A DNA stretch of 63,463 nt, counting the filler, from Octopus bimaculoides (taxonomy: Eukaryota): assembly GCF_001194135.2 (NCBI RefSeq). It is 8 parts of 7 records of this genome, joined end to end, with 100 filler letters (N's around TTAATTAATTAA, not from the genome) between each part and the next. Parts side by side here need not be neighbours in the genome. Positions count along the whole stretch, not along the records: positions 11,033 to 18,786 come from NC_068983.1; positions 18,887 to 22,549 come from NC_068989.1; 6 more parts are not named here. The stretch is one strand, 5' to 3'. The notes under the pieces are model-generated. The model saw only the letters and a program-made list of their open reading frames with translations. It made no database searches and was not told the origin of the DNA. The position numbers were made by a program, and so were the translations under genes. The number at the start of each line of letters is the position of its first letter. Position 1 is the first letter of the stretch. Below are positions 11,236 through 22,545 of this stretch, piece after piece.

Positions 11236-14200
11236 TACCTCAATTCCTTCAACTGTACTTTGTAGGTAATTTACATGAACAAGCCACCCGACGAAACTCC
11301 ATTTCCAATGGCACTAAATTTCAATTGATAATGCAACTTCAAGACCTGCTGCACCAGACAAACAGCTACGTACGCAGCTTCAAGTATGCCTTAGAAACAG
11401 AAGCTTCTTCTTCTAATTTAAATGTTGTCATAGATGCTCAGAAAAGACCATCTACAGAACATGCATGCCGTTACAATGCACCCACATGCAATAAAATAGC
11501 TGTACTCCTTCACGGTGAACAGCACAATCCCAGAGACATTGTCCTTAGGCGAGGTGACACCACCGTCCATCGAATTACCGAAACACACAGATCATACGAC
11601 ACACTTCAGTATCCAATTCTGTTTGTTTACGGTGAGGATGGCTACCACATCGGTATACGACAGCAACATCCACAAGATCGTCATGAATATCTGAACAAGC
11701 AAGTATCCTGCATGGACTTCTACTCATTCCGATTTATGACGCGAAACAACTCCTCTAATCACCTCCACCAGTCTCGAGATCTGTTTCATCAATTTGCAGT
11801 TGATATGTGTGCAAAAATGGAATCAGAGAGATTGTGTTTCATCAGATCACATCAACAAAAATTGCGCTCTGACAGCTACATCCATCTCCGAGATACTATC
11901 AACAATGATGCTGCTCCAACAAGCATAGGAAGACTTTGCATCTTGCCTTCCACATTCACTGGAAGTCCCCGATATATGCATGAAAGAACACTGGATGCAA
12001 TGACCTTTGTCCGCCATTACGGCAGGCCTGACTTATTCATTACTTCACATGCAATCCCAAGTGGAAGGAGATTCAGTCCGAACTCTTCTTCGGTCAAAAG
12101 CCTAAAGACAGGCATGACATCCTCGCCCGAGTTTTCCATCTGAAATTAATTACTCTCATGGACCTCATCAAAAAAGGTCAAATCTTCGGACCCACACAGT
12201 GTGACATGTACACAATCGAATGGCCAAAAAGGGGCCTTCCACATGCTCATATCCTGCTTTGGCTCTCAACGAAGATCAAATCAACTGACATCGACAAGAT
12301 AATCTCTGCAGAACTTCCTGATCCAGCTTTAGACATGGTACTATACGACATAGTTAAAGCAAACATGGTGCATGGTCCATGTGGGCGTGGATTCAACCTT
12401 AACTCACCATGTTTGAAAGATGGCGTATGTTCAAAAAAGCTTCCAAGGAAGTTCCTACAAGCAACTCAGACAGGTGCTGATGGGTATCCATCATACAGAC
12501 GGAGAAAACCACAAAACGGCGGTTTCACAGCAAATATAGCACAGCACGAGGTTGACAACAGATGGATTGTTCCCTACTGCCCACTCCTGTCAAAGATTTT
12601 CAATGCCCACATCAACGTTGAGTCTTGCAACTCCGTTAAGTCCATCAAGTATGTTTGCAAGTATCTCAACAAGGGTTCTGACGCTGCAATGTTTGGACTT
12701 CAACAACAATACTGTCAGAATGAGGTAACATACTATCAGGTAGGACGCTACATAAGTAGCAACGAGGCTTTCTCGCGCATCTTTGGCTTTCCACTTCACC
12801 AACGACACCCCGCCATTCAACAGCTTGCAGTGCACATAGAAAACGGTCAAAGAGTCTACTTCACCGATGTTAATGCTTCTCTGTTGGCAGAGCAACCAAG
12901 GGATAGCACACTCACTGCATTCTTGAAGCTCTGTCAACTGGATCCATTCGCTCAAACCTTACTGTATCCACAGATTCCATCATACTACACTTGGAATGGA
13001 AAAAAATGGAGACCAAGGAAAGCAGGTCAAAACGTTTGTGGATACCCTGGCATTAAGTTTGATACTTGCCTTGGACGAGTATATACAGTGCATCCCACTC
13101 AACAAGAGTGCTTCTACCTCCGCCTACTGCTGCATGAGGTCAGAGGCCCCACGTCTTTCCAGGCCCTAAAAGCCGTTCATGGACATGTCTGCACAGCATA
13201 CAGAGAAGCCTGCTATCGACAAGGACTGTTGGAAGATGGTGCACAATGGGATGCAACTTTGGGAGAGGCTGCTTTATCAGAATCACCTAAAAGTCTCAGG
13301 GCACTGTTTGCAGTATTACTTCAGACATGCGAACTGTGTGATCCTGCAAATCTATGGCTCAAGTACAGGGACGGCCTGGCTGAAGACTTTCACCGGCAAG
13401 CTCAACGGCTCTGTCCTGACATGGAGGGTATCAGCAATGAAGTTTACAATAAAACTCTCATTGACATTGAAGACAGAATTGCTACACTGGGTGGTAATGA
13501 ATTGTCCACATATGGCCTGCCACAGACATTCAGGTCAGGGTCAAATAGCCTTCCCACTGCTGTCATTCGTGAAACATCTTACGACACTCAAGCGCTTTCA
13601 AATTACATTGCTGAAAACAAGCATAAATTACTTCCGGACCAGCTGCAGGCCTACACAACTATTATTAACAGTGTACGCCAACGTGATGGACGAATCTTCT
13701 TCCTCGATGCTCCTGGAGGGACAGGGAAAACATTTATAACAAAGATTCTCCTTGCAGAAGTTAGGCAGCATCAGGACATTGCAGTAGCTGTGGATTCCTC
13801 TGGGATTGCAGCTACTTTGTTACCCGGTGGCAGGACAGTACACTCGACTTTTAAACTCCATTTAAATTTAGCAGCATCCGAGATGCCTTCATGCAGCATC
13901 ACCAAAAGCTCAGATCAGGGGCAGGTACTTAAAAGGTGTTATCTAAATGCCTGGGATGAATGCACCATGGCTCACAAGAGAGCTTTGGAAGCATTAGATA
14001 GAGCCCTGAAAGACATCCGAGACTGTCACGCTCCAATGGGAGGTGTTACGCTTCTGTTGTCAGGTGATTTCAGGCAAACTCTTCCTGTCATTCCAAAAGG
14101 CACTAGAGCAGATGAGGTCCAAGCATGCTTAAAGTCCTCTACCCTGTGGCATCATGTTACTATCCTCACTGTTAACACTAATATGAGAGCTCAGCTACAC

Positions 14201-15024
14201 GGCGACAAAATGTCCAAATAATTCGCACAGGACATTTTGACAATTGATGATGGCAAGGTGCCTCTCGATGTTGCAGAAGAAATAGAAGTATGGCCATTTT
14301 GTTCTGTTGTTAATTCTGTAGATGACCTCAAACACAAAGTCTTTCCCAACTTTAAACAAAACTACCAAAATCACAATTGGCTATGTGAAAGAGCAATATT
14401 AGCTCCAAAAAACGTAGCTGTTACAAAAATTAATCAACACCTGATGCATTCTCTTCCCGGCAATCTTCAAACTTACAAGTCTGTTGATACAGTTCCAGAT
14501 ACAAATGAAGCGGTGAACTATCCTCCTGAATTTCTCNNNNNNNNNNNNNNNNNNNNNNNNNNNNNNNNNNNNNNNNNNNNNNNNNNNNNNNNNNNNNNNN
14601 NNNNNNNNNNNNNNNNNNNNNNNNNNNNNNNNNNNNNNNNNNNNNNNNNNNNNNNNNNNNNNNNNNNNNNNNNNNNNNNNNNNNNNNNNNNNNNNNNNNN
14701 NNNNNNNNNNNNNNNNNNNNNNNNNNNNNNNNNNNNNNNNNNNNNNNNNNNNNNNNNNNNNNNNNNNNNNNNNNNNNNNNNNNNNNNNNNNNNNNNNNNN
14801 NNNNNNNNNNNNNNNNNNNNNNNNNNNNNNNNNNNNNNNNNNNNNNNNNNNNNNNNNNNNNNNNNNNNNNNNNNNNNNNNNNNNNNNNNNNNNNNNNNNN
14901 NNNNNNNNNNNNNNNNNNNNNNNNNNNNTATGTTGGCTGCTCAAGAGTGGGCAGCAAAACAAACCTATTTGTATATGCTCCACAAGGGAAAACAAGGAAC
15001 ATTGTTTACAACGAGGTGTTATAA
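11236..15024 (+). pseudogene. Helitron Rep (HUH endonuclease) / PIF1-family SF1 helicase, disrupted
   Basis: PQFLQLYFVG start of homology. Rep motifs FIT[F]TCNPKW, YTIEWPKRGLPHAHILLW and KYVCKYLNKG. Helicase motifs FLDAPGGTGKT, SSGIAATLLPGGRT, WDE, GDFRQTLPV, NMR, ERAILAPKN and YVGCSRV...NIVYNEVL*. Lesions: 1-nt deletion at ~12045 and in-frame TAA at 14219-14221. N gap at 14537-14928. Confidence 0.95.
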
Positions 15025-15143
15025 TCACAACAGCAAGAAAGTATGTACATGATCACCTTCTTTTACGAAACTTCATTGACTTTCATATATTTATATTGAT
15101 ATAGATATATATACGCGTGTTTGGGTGCGTGTGTGTATATACA

Positions 15144-15234
15144 TCTCTATATATAAAGATGATGCGTAGTCTAGACGGCGTTTTTAGATTTCATTATTCT
15201 CTTTAACCAGGGCAACGCCGGGTATTTCTGCTAG
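15144..15234 (+). mobile_element. Possible 91-bp non-autonomous mini-Helitron
   Basis: A|TCTCTATATATAAAG at 15143/15144 through hairpin-CTAG|T gives the canonical A|TC...CTAG|T signature. Confidence 0.45.
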
Positions 15235-16859
15235 TATATAATAAAAGAAAGTAAATGCACAAAATTTGTATATTTTTAATACATTTTAAAGGATAGATAT
15301 TATGATAGTCGATCGGTTTCGCGTTTCTCTAATCATGACATTGAAATTGGTGAAGATATTAAAATTAAATATTTTCTTAAGAAAATTTTAGTCCATATTG
15401 TTTCTGTGTGAGTTTGACAAACAAGCATAATATACATATATGTATAAATTAAGTGCGTTTTGCTTCTTTTATTATATGCTTTTTCACACAAGTGTCTATG
15501 TCACAATGCTTGTATGTATTGGAGCTTGTACCTGCTTGAGTATATCTGAGCGTCTTCCCTCGTGCTAAAGTAAAATGTATGTAGAAGATCAACAATTTAT
15601 AAAATCAGATTCACAAAATACAATTACATAATGTCAAATAAGTATTTGTACATGCATACACATACAGATAATTGTATGGCTATATGGTCTCATTTCACGC
15701 ACGCAAACACATACACACGCTCACGGACACACACACACATACACACACACACACACACACGCACACACATCTCAGCATTTCTGTATATATAGTGTGACGT
15801 CATGACGATCTTATATAAACATTCGAAAGAATGTGAAGAATTTCTTGTTTAGAATGGGTCTCCAATCATGCATAAAGCTTTAAATATTACTATATAGATA
15901 TTGGGGTGACACAGCCATGTTTAGTGTGTATATTGAACGTACGCCACGTTCATATAATGCCACTTCTAGAAATGCATGTATTTCAATTTACTATGATATC
16001 AACGCACTTTTATGCTAAAGAGGAAAAGCAATGCTAGCCCAAGTCATAAAAAGCTATAGGTTCTCACATACGCATTAACTAGATATAGCAAATGAATATA
16101 CTCCCTTCAGGCACATACATACGGACTAACATATACATTTAAACTCACACACTTATATATATTCAATGCATGGTCGCAATCCCCATGCTGAAACTAGTAA
16201 AAGATGCTAACGCATTGTGTATATATCTGGGGGGTTGTGCAAAAACAGTAAGCTTCATGTGACCAATAACGCAGTGCTTCTTTTTCTTAATATAGTGGCG
16301 TGTTCATGACAAACGTATTAAAACCTTAAAATGGCGACCAGGGTTGTGATAAACAGTAGAATGTAAACCTGATAAAACAACTTTTACGAATGCAAAAGTA
16401 AAATGATTTTAGGTAGAATATCCGAAGAAAGTGTTATGAAATATACAGAATTTTAATTGTAATGAGACGAATTCCGGAGGACTCATGACCTGAAATATTA
16501 ATTTATTTATTCTGGACAAAGGAAGCAACTGCTATTATATTTACATTTCTGTTGACAATACAAAATATATTTCCAATAATATACACTGATAACTCCATGT
16601 TATCACTCTAGTAAATATATAATCCTTCGTTATTTCAGTACAGTTTAAGCATATGAAATATATTTGTTAAAGATGACCTTCTTACTTTCTGTTTCTTATA
16701 TTGTGAAAGATATATGTTGCTGCTGCTGTTGGCAAACTAGTAGAATCGCTAGCACGTCAGGTGAAACGTTTAGCGATATTTCGTCCATCAGCAGAGGAAT
16801 ATTTCACTCCTTTTCTGCTTAGCACTGACATGCTGAACAGAATTGGATGTAGATATAAC

Positions 16860-17273
16860 TGTTACGGCAAATAGTTTCATATATTCCATAATCTAAGTAT
16901 GTGGGGTCTTATCGTACGCCTTACGATAATCGACCCATGACATGTCTAAGTTTTCCTCCTCTTGCTGTCTCTAAGCACAGTTTTGCCTATCAGGCGTTGA
17001 TTCTTGGTACCTTTGCACTTACGCTTGCAACCCTTCTGCTCATGTTACAGGAGTGCATTTTTTCTAGATGACCGTACACTGACTCCGCGACTATTCCAGT
17101 CAATAATTTCCATATAAGTGTCAAGTAAAATATAGGCCTGTAATTATCTACCGTATTGCCTTTTTCGGTATTTTTCAAGCTCAGTACAGTCTTACCCATT
17201 GTTAATCACTCTAGTGTTACTTGGTCGGCATTTAATAAGGTGTTAAGTTGTGCAGCTATTCGTGCATGACATT
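16860..17273 (-). mobile_element. R4/Dong-like non-LTR retrotransposon RT fragment (degenerate)
   Basis: HARIAAQLN...[28 protein letters not shown], then frameshifted DK.VL.D.K.R and AYD.TPH: RT domains 0-3. Confidence 0.85.
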
Positions 17274-17278
17274 CATCT

Positions 17279-17365
17279 ATCTTCTTCTTCTTCTTCTTCT
17301 TCTTCTTCTTCTTCTTCTTCTTCTTCTTCTTCTTCTTCTTCTTCTTCTTCGTCTTCTTCTTCTTT
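17279..17365. repeat. (CTT)n microsatellite
   Basis: Read directly; it is the (GAA)n 3' tail of the adjacent minus-strand LINE fragment. Confidence 0.95.
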
Positions 17366-17374
17366 CTTTTTTGT

Positions 17375-17802
17375 TGTTGTTTTGAAATACTCTCGGATCG
17401 TTCCTAATTACCGGTCATTCTTTACGTGAAAGCAAGTAATAACAAATCAGCAGAAGTTACAAGTAGTGCCTTCACTTGTGACTCAAAGAGACAATACTCA
17501 TCTTAGAATGTGAGATGTACCCAACAATGCTGTCTTCTGGATCACCTCAGCCTGACAGCAGCACCAATATTCATATGTTTTTCAAAGCCCTTGGAAAAAC
17601 TGCTCTTAATTCTCCAATTACCACCGGGATCACAATTATTTTCCTCATGTCCAATAACTTACCTATCTCGTACCGCAGTGGCTGGTATTTCTCAATATTT
17701 TCTGTTTCCTTACGTTTCGCTCTCGAATCGCCTAGTATTGCAAAATATATTATCATTACTTCTTTTTCATCACTATAGATGAGCACGATATCTAGTCGTC
17801 TC
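17375..17802 (-). mobile_element. 5'-truncated RLE-type LINE 3' end
   Basis: RLDIVLI..EKEVMII.FAILGDSR...IEKYQPLRYEIGKL..IIVIPVVIG, then IQKTALLGTSHILR*, followed by a 3' UTR. Confidence 0.85.
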
Positions 17803-17815
17803 GTTGTTGTTGTTG

Positions 17816-17865
<50 letters not shown>

Positions 17866-17885
17866 GTTATTATTATTATTATTTT
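17803..17885. repeat. (GTT)n(ATT)n microsatellite between two LINE fragments
   Basis: Read directly. Confidence 0.95.
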
Positions 17886-18786
17886 ATGTTTGACTTTTGT
17901 TTTGCATTTGTACAAGTTGGATCCAAGTCTCACCCAGAGACCTCAAGAGACAACAAGTTAGAAGTTCATGTAGGTGGTATGCCTAGGGTACCATATATTT
18001 GGATTTGTACAGTTTTGTTCAAGTGAATGTTTAAGAAACCATAAGAAAATTATGTGTTTGCTTTAAAATTTGAGATCACATAGACAGTATTTTACGTAGG
18101 ATATGGGCAGTTCCCATTAGCACTATCTTNNNNNNNNNNGGCAGTTCCCATTAGCACTATCTTTTTAACTTCAGCCATTTTGGGGTTTCCTGGAATCTGA
18201 TCTAGGTAGTAATCAGCCCGTTGCGCTGTCATTCCCAGGGCACCTATGACAATAGGTATTATTTTCGTCTTCAGATTCCACATTTTGCTCATTTCTATTT
18301 CAAGATCTTTGTATTTGCTCAGTTTTTGGTAGGTCTTGACAGATACGTTTATATCGATTGGGACAGTCATATCAATGAGGAGGCATGATTTTTGTCTGAA
18401 GTCTTTCAGTATGATGTCTGGCCTATTTGCGTCTATCTTTCTGTCAGTTTGAATGGTGAAGATCCAGAGCAGTGCAATGTGATTATTTTCAAGTATTGGG
18501 GGTGGTTTGTGTTCCCACCAGTTTTTATCATGAGGCAAGTCCATGTTTTTGCATATTACCCAGTGAATATATTGTGCAGCACTATCATGCCTGTTGAGAT
18601 ACTCTGTAGGCGCAAGCAGACTGCACATGGAGACAAAATGATCGATGGTCTCATTTTGTTGTTGGCATATACGACATAATGGGGAGCTGCCGTTCTTTAA
18701 TATGTTGGCGTGGTAGTTCTTTGTAGGTAGGCATTGATCTTGGGCTGCTATGATAAACCCCTCTGTTTCTGATTTCAAGCCAGAGG
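17886..18786 (-). mobile_element. R4/Dong-like LINE 3' part: CCHC zinc knuckle, RLE endonuclease, 3' UTR and (AAT)n tail
   Basis: ETEGFIIAAQDQ, CRICQQQNETIDHFVSMC, RHD, RPDII..D, LIDMTVP, KLSKYKDL, IPIVIGALG, GTAHILRKILSM* (stop 18076-18078). The 5' side runs into a linker. Confidence 0.93.
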
Positions 18787-18886
18787 NNNNNNNNNNNNNN
18801 NNNNNNNNNNNNNNNNNNNNNNNNNNNNNNTTAATTAATTAANNNNNNNNNNNNNNNNNNNNNNNNNNNNNNNNNNNNNNNNNNNN

Positions 18887-18917
<31 letters not shown>

Positions 18918-19160
18918 TTCTGCAAGTGTTCCATCTTTATTGCAGCCCCTATTTGTTACACGTACTTCTCGAGGTTTTTGCTCACTGTTCCCAGGGCTCC
19001 GACAATTATTGGCACTACTACCACCTTTTTCATCGACCACAACTGTTTAACTTCCCAAGCTAACCTGCCATATCTCTCCACTTTTCTTTCTTCCTTATCG
19101 CATACCTTGTTGTCAGCTGGGCATGCTATATCTACGATCCAACGTAGTTTGTTTTCTTTT
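18918..19160 (-). mobile_element. Short RLE-LINE 3' fragment
   Basis: KENKLRWIVDIACPADNKVCDKEERKVERYGRLAWEVKQLWSMKKVVVVPIIVGALG; same family as 55640-55977. Confidence 0.88.
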
Positions 19161-19211
19161 AATAATAATAATAATAATTTGTTTCTTATTTAAACTATAT
19201 AAAGAAAACAA

Positions 19212-19272
<61 letters not shown>

Positions 19273-19278
19273 TTATTA

Positions 19279-19320
<42 letters not shown>
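19212..19320. repeat. (ATT)n microsatellite
   Basis: Read directly. Confidence 0.95.
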
Positions 19321-19326
<6 letters not shown>

Positions 19327-19327
19327 A

Positions 19328-19539
19328 GGCGGCGAGCTGTCAGAATCGTTAGCGCGCTGGGCGAAATGTTTAGCGGTATTTCTCCCGTTGCTACGTTCTG
19401 AGTTCAAGTTTCGCCAAGGTCAATTTTGCTTTTCATCCTTTCGGGGTCGATAAAATAAGTACCAGTTACGCACTAGGGTCGATGTATTCGACTCATCCCC
19501 TCCTCCGAAATTGCTGGCCTTGTGCCAAAATTAGAAACC
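19328..19539 (+). mobile_element. SINE family A, full length
   Basis: GGCGGCGAGCTGTCAGAATCGTTAGC A box, GAGTTCAAGTTTCG B box, 3' end GAAATTGCTGGCCTTGTGCCAAAATTAGAAACC. Confidence 0.9.
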
Positions 19540-19569
19540 AGTAGACGTTACTAGAATATACACAAGCGC

Positions 19570-19801
19570 AACATAACACAGCCACTCCCTACTTCCACCC
19601 CATCACCTATCCTTTTGTCTTGGCTACAATTACAACCATGGCCACCACCAACAACAGCATTACCTTCAACCACTACTACTGCTGTCACCGCCACTGCCAG
19701 TCGTCACCACCACCATTACAACTACCAGACCTATTACTACGGCCACCAGAACCATTACCATCACTAGCAAAATTGCTGCTACTACTACCACCACCACCAC
19801 C

Positions 19802-19832
<31 letters not shown>

Positions 19833-21064
19833 GAATCACAATTACTGTCCCCACGCGTCCATCACCGCTTCACCTACCACTGCAATCACCATTACTACAA
19901 TCCGTACCGCAGTTGCTCGTTCCCCTACCACCACCACCTCCACCATCGCCATGACCACCTCTACTAATGTCACCGCCACCACCATGAACATCAGCAGCAG
20001 CACCGCCGTCACCACAGCCACCACAACCACCACCATTACCGCAACACCAAACATAAAATTCTCCTTTGAACCGTAATTACAACTGGTGAACTAATCATTG
20101 TAATTCACCCAAATAATTAGTGTCAGGAAGGTGGGGGGGTGATGACTATGTTTTTGTGGTCGCGTGTGATGATGAGGTGTGTGTGTTTATGTGTGTGTGT
20201 GTGTTGTGGCTGTCTTTGTGTGTGTGTGTGTGTGCGCTCGCGCGCCTGCGTGATTGTGCCTGTGTGTAAACATGGATGCATGTGTTTATGTGGTCCTGTG
20301 TGTGGTCATGTATGTGGAAATGAGGTGTGTGCGTGTGTGTCTGTATGAGTGTGTTTGTGAACGTGTGTGTTTGTGAATATGTGTGTTTGTGAACGTGTGT
20401 GTCTGTATGAGTGTGTTTGTTAGTGAATGTGTGTGATGTTTATGATTGTCTACGTTTAATGTGTGTGTTTATGTGATCGCATGTGTAGCGATAAAGTGTG
20501 TGTGTGTGACTGTGTGTGTGTGACTGTGTGTGTGTGACTGTGTGTGTGACGGCAGATGTTTGATCGTCTGCGTTTCTGTGTGTATGTGTGTGTGTGTGTA
20601 TCTATGAGGTTGCCTGTAAGTGAGGTAATGTATATGTTTGTATGTATGCGCGCGCGTGTGTGTGTGTGTGTGTGTTTTATGATGATCAGAGTGTATGCAT
20701 TTCTGACGTGTAAGTGCCGCGATGAGGTGTGCTATGCATCAATCTGTATGTTTCTGTATGTGATATAAGTTGTATCTTGCTGTACATACATATATACACA
20801 CACACACATACCTACATACATACATACATACCTACACACATACATACATACATACATACATACTTGCGTGCATATATGTGTGTGTGCGTGTGTGCTTTCG
20901 TCGATGTGTGTGTGTGGCCGCAGCTGTTTTCCTCTCTCTGTCCTACTGACCGCCTCTTTCTGTCTTTCTCCCTCTCTCCGACTCTGTCTATTCTTCACTG
21001 TATATGTACATATATATGTATATATGTATATATATTACATATATATATATATACATGTACATAG

Positions 21065-21098
<34 letters not shown>

Positions 21099-21488
21099 TC
21101 ATACATATATATTCATATTTATACATGTATATATATATATATGCATATATATATGTACATATGTATGTTTACATATATATACATATATATATGTATAAAT
21201 ATATATATATGTATGTATACATATATATATATACTTATATATATATGTACATATATATACATATAGATATGTATAAATATATATATGTATGTATGCATAC
21301 ATATATATAAACTTCTATATATATGTACATATATATACATATATATGTACATATATATGTGTGTGCGTGCATATATATGTATGCATAATATATATATATA
21401 TATATACATACATACATAAGTATGTATATATACACACACATACACACATATATAAATATGTGTATACGTATGTATGTATGTATGTATG

Positions 21489-21526
<38 letters not shown>

Positions 21527-21560
21527 CATACACACAAAAACACTCACACGCACACATGTA
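19570..21560. repeat. Low-complexity block: cryptic CAC/TAC, then TG-rich, then TA/CATA-rich
   Basis: Degenerate tri- and dinucleotide repeats read directly. Confidence 0.85.
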
Positions 21561-21854
21561 TGTATGCGTGTATGCGTGTGTGAGGAAGAGCGATGCGTAT
21601 GAGCCTTACATACATGTATATAGATATTTCAACTAAATATATATACATACATACGTTCAAAATTTACGCATATATAAATATGTGTGTATATACACATATA
21701 TTTATATAATACATGTATGTGTATAAACGTGTGCGCTTGTGTGCTTGTGCGTCTGTGTGTGTCTGTGTGTGTGTGTGTGTATGTGTGTGTGTAAAGGTGA
21801 TGTTTATGATCTCCAATGAGCGCCGACAAGAGATGAAAGGGTAGGAAGGTCGGG

Positions 21855-22006
21855 TCAGTTGCGTTGCCTAATGAGCTGGCTTGCTACTTGAACCGTATTC
21901 CGGCAGAACGGAACCTCCTGCTGGTCAGCGTCGATGATGGCGAGAGGCTGCTGGGGGCACTGACACAGACACACGTTTTGCCATTCCAGCCGATACGTAA
22001 AATTAC
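21855..22006 (-). CDS. Candidate host coding exon (unverified)
   Basis: GC-rich unique island after a (TG)n-CAG acceptor; one frame reads NFTYRLEWQNVCLCQCPQQPLAIIDADQQEVPFCRNTVQVASQLIRQRN*. No homolog recognised. Confidence 0.3.
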
Positions 22007-22049
22007 CTGCACACACACACACACACACACAAATAGATACAGAAAACTA

Positions 22050-22420
22050 GCACTCCGTCGGTTGCGACGGCGAGTTGATCCGATCAACGGAACAGCCTGC
22101 TCGTGAAATTAACGTGCAAGTGGCTGAGTACTCCACAGACACGTGTACCCTTAACGTAGTTCTCGGGGATATTCAGCATGACACAGAGTATGACAAGGCT
22201 GACCCTTTGAAATACAGGTACAACAGAAACAGGAAAAAAGACTGAGAGAAAGTTGTAGTGAAAAAAGTACAGCAGGGTTCGCCACCATCCCCTGCCAGAG
22301 CCTAGTGGAGCTTTAGGTGTTTGCGCTCAATAAACACTCACAACGCCTGGTCTGGGAATCGAAACTGTGATCCTACGACCGCGAGTCCGCTGCCCTAACC
22401 ACTGGGCCATTGCGCCTCCA
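22050..22420 (-). mobile_element. SINE family C (tRNA head plus distinct 3' module)
   Basis: Head GGCGCAATGGCCCAGTGGTTAGGGCAGCGG...GTTTCGATTCCC has A and B boxes; 3' module GAGAACTACGTTAAGGGTACACGTGTCTGTGGAG...TTGCACGTTAATTTCAC. Confidence 0.82.
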
Positions 22421-22429
22421 CATTAATAA

Positions 22430-22545
22430 ATAATTCTATAAAACAAGTTTTTAAACATTCGAATGGATATGGGGTCACCAGAATAAAATAGTAATCAAAG
22501 GGGTCCAGAGATAAAAAAAAAAGGGCCGAGAACCCTTGGTTTAGA
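22430..22545. mobile_element. hAT-like MITE right end
   Basis: AAGGGGTCC...GAGAACCCTTGG terminus resembles Charlie-type TIRs; internal sequence matches 43190-43240. Confidence 0.5.

Larger units (their letters stand above)
11033..15234 (+). mobile_element. Helitron rolling-circle transposon, 5' end lost at the linker
   Basis: RepHel coding region followed by a subterminal GC hairpin ACCAGGGCAACGCCGGGT (~15206-15223) and terminal CTAG (15231-15234), then T. Confidence 0.93.

Noticed and set aside
11255-11270. Apparent splice acceptor CTTTGTAG|G in the Helitron
   Set aside because: The same bases encode the conserved FLQLYFVG motif in frame, so no intron is needed here; an acceptor at 11235 remains possible.
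12590-13739. Antisense 121-aa and alternative-frame 186-aa ORFs inside the Helitron
   Set aside because: Shadow frames of the RepHel coding sequence with no recognisable motifs.
18106-18163. 24-bp direct repeat around a 10-N gap in the RLE ORF
   Set aside because: Unmerged contig overlap; removing one copy restores ...MGTAHILRKILSM*.
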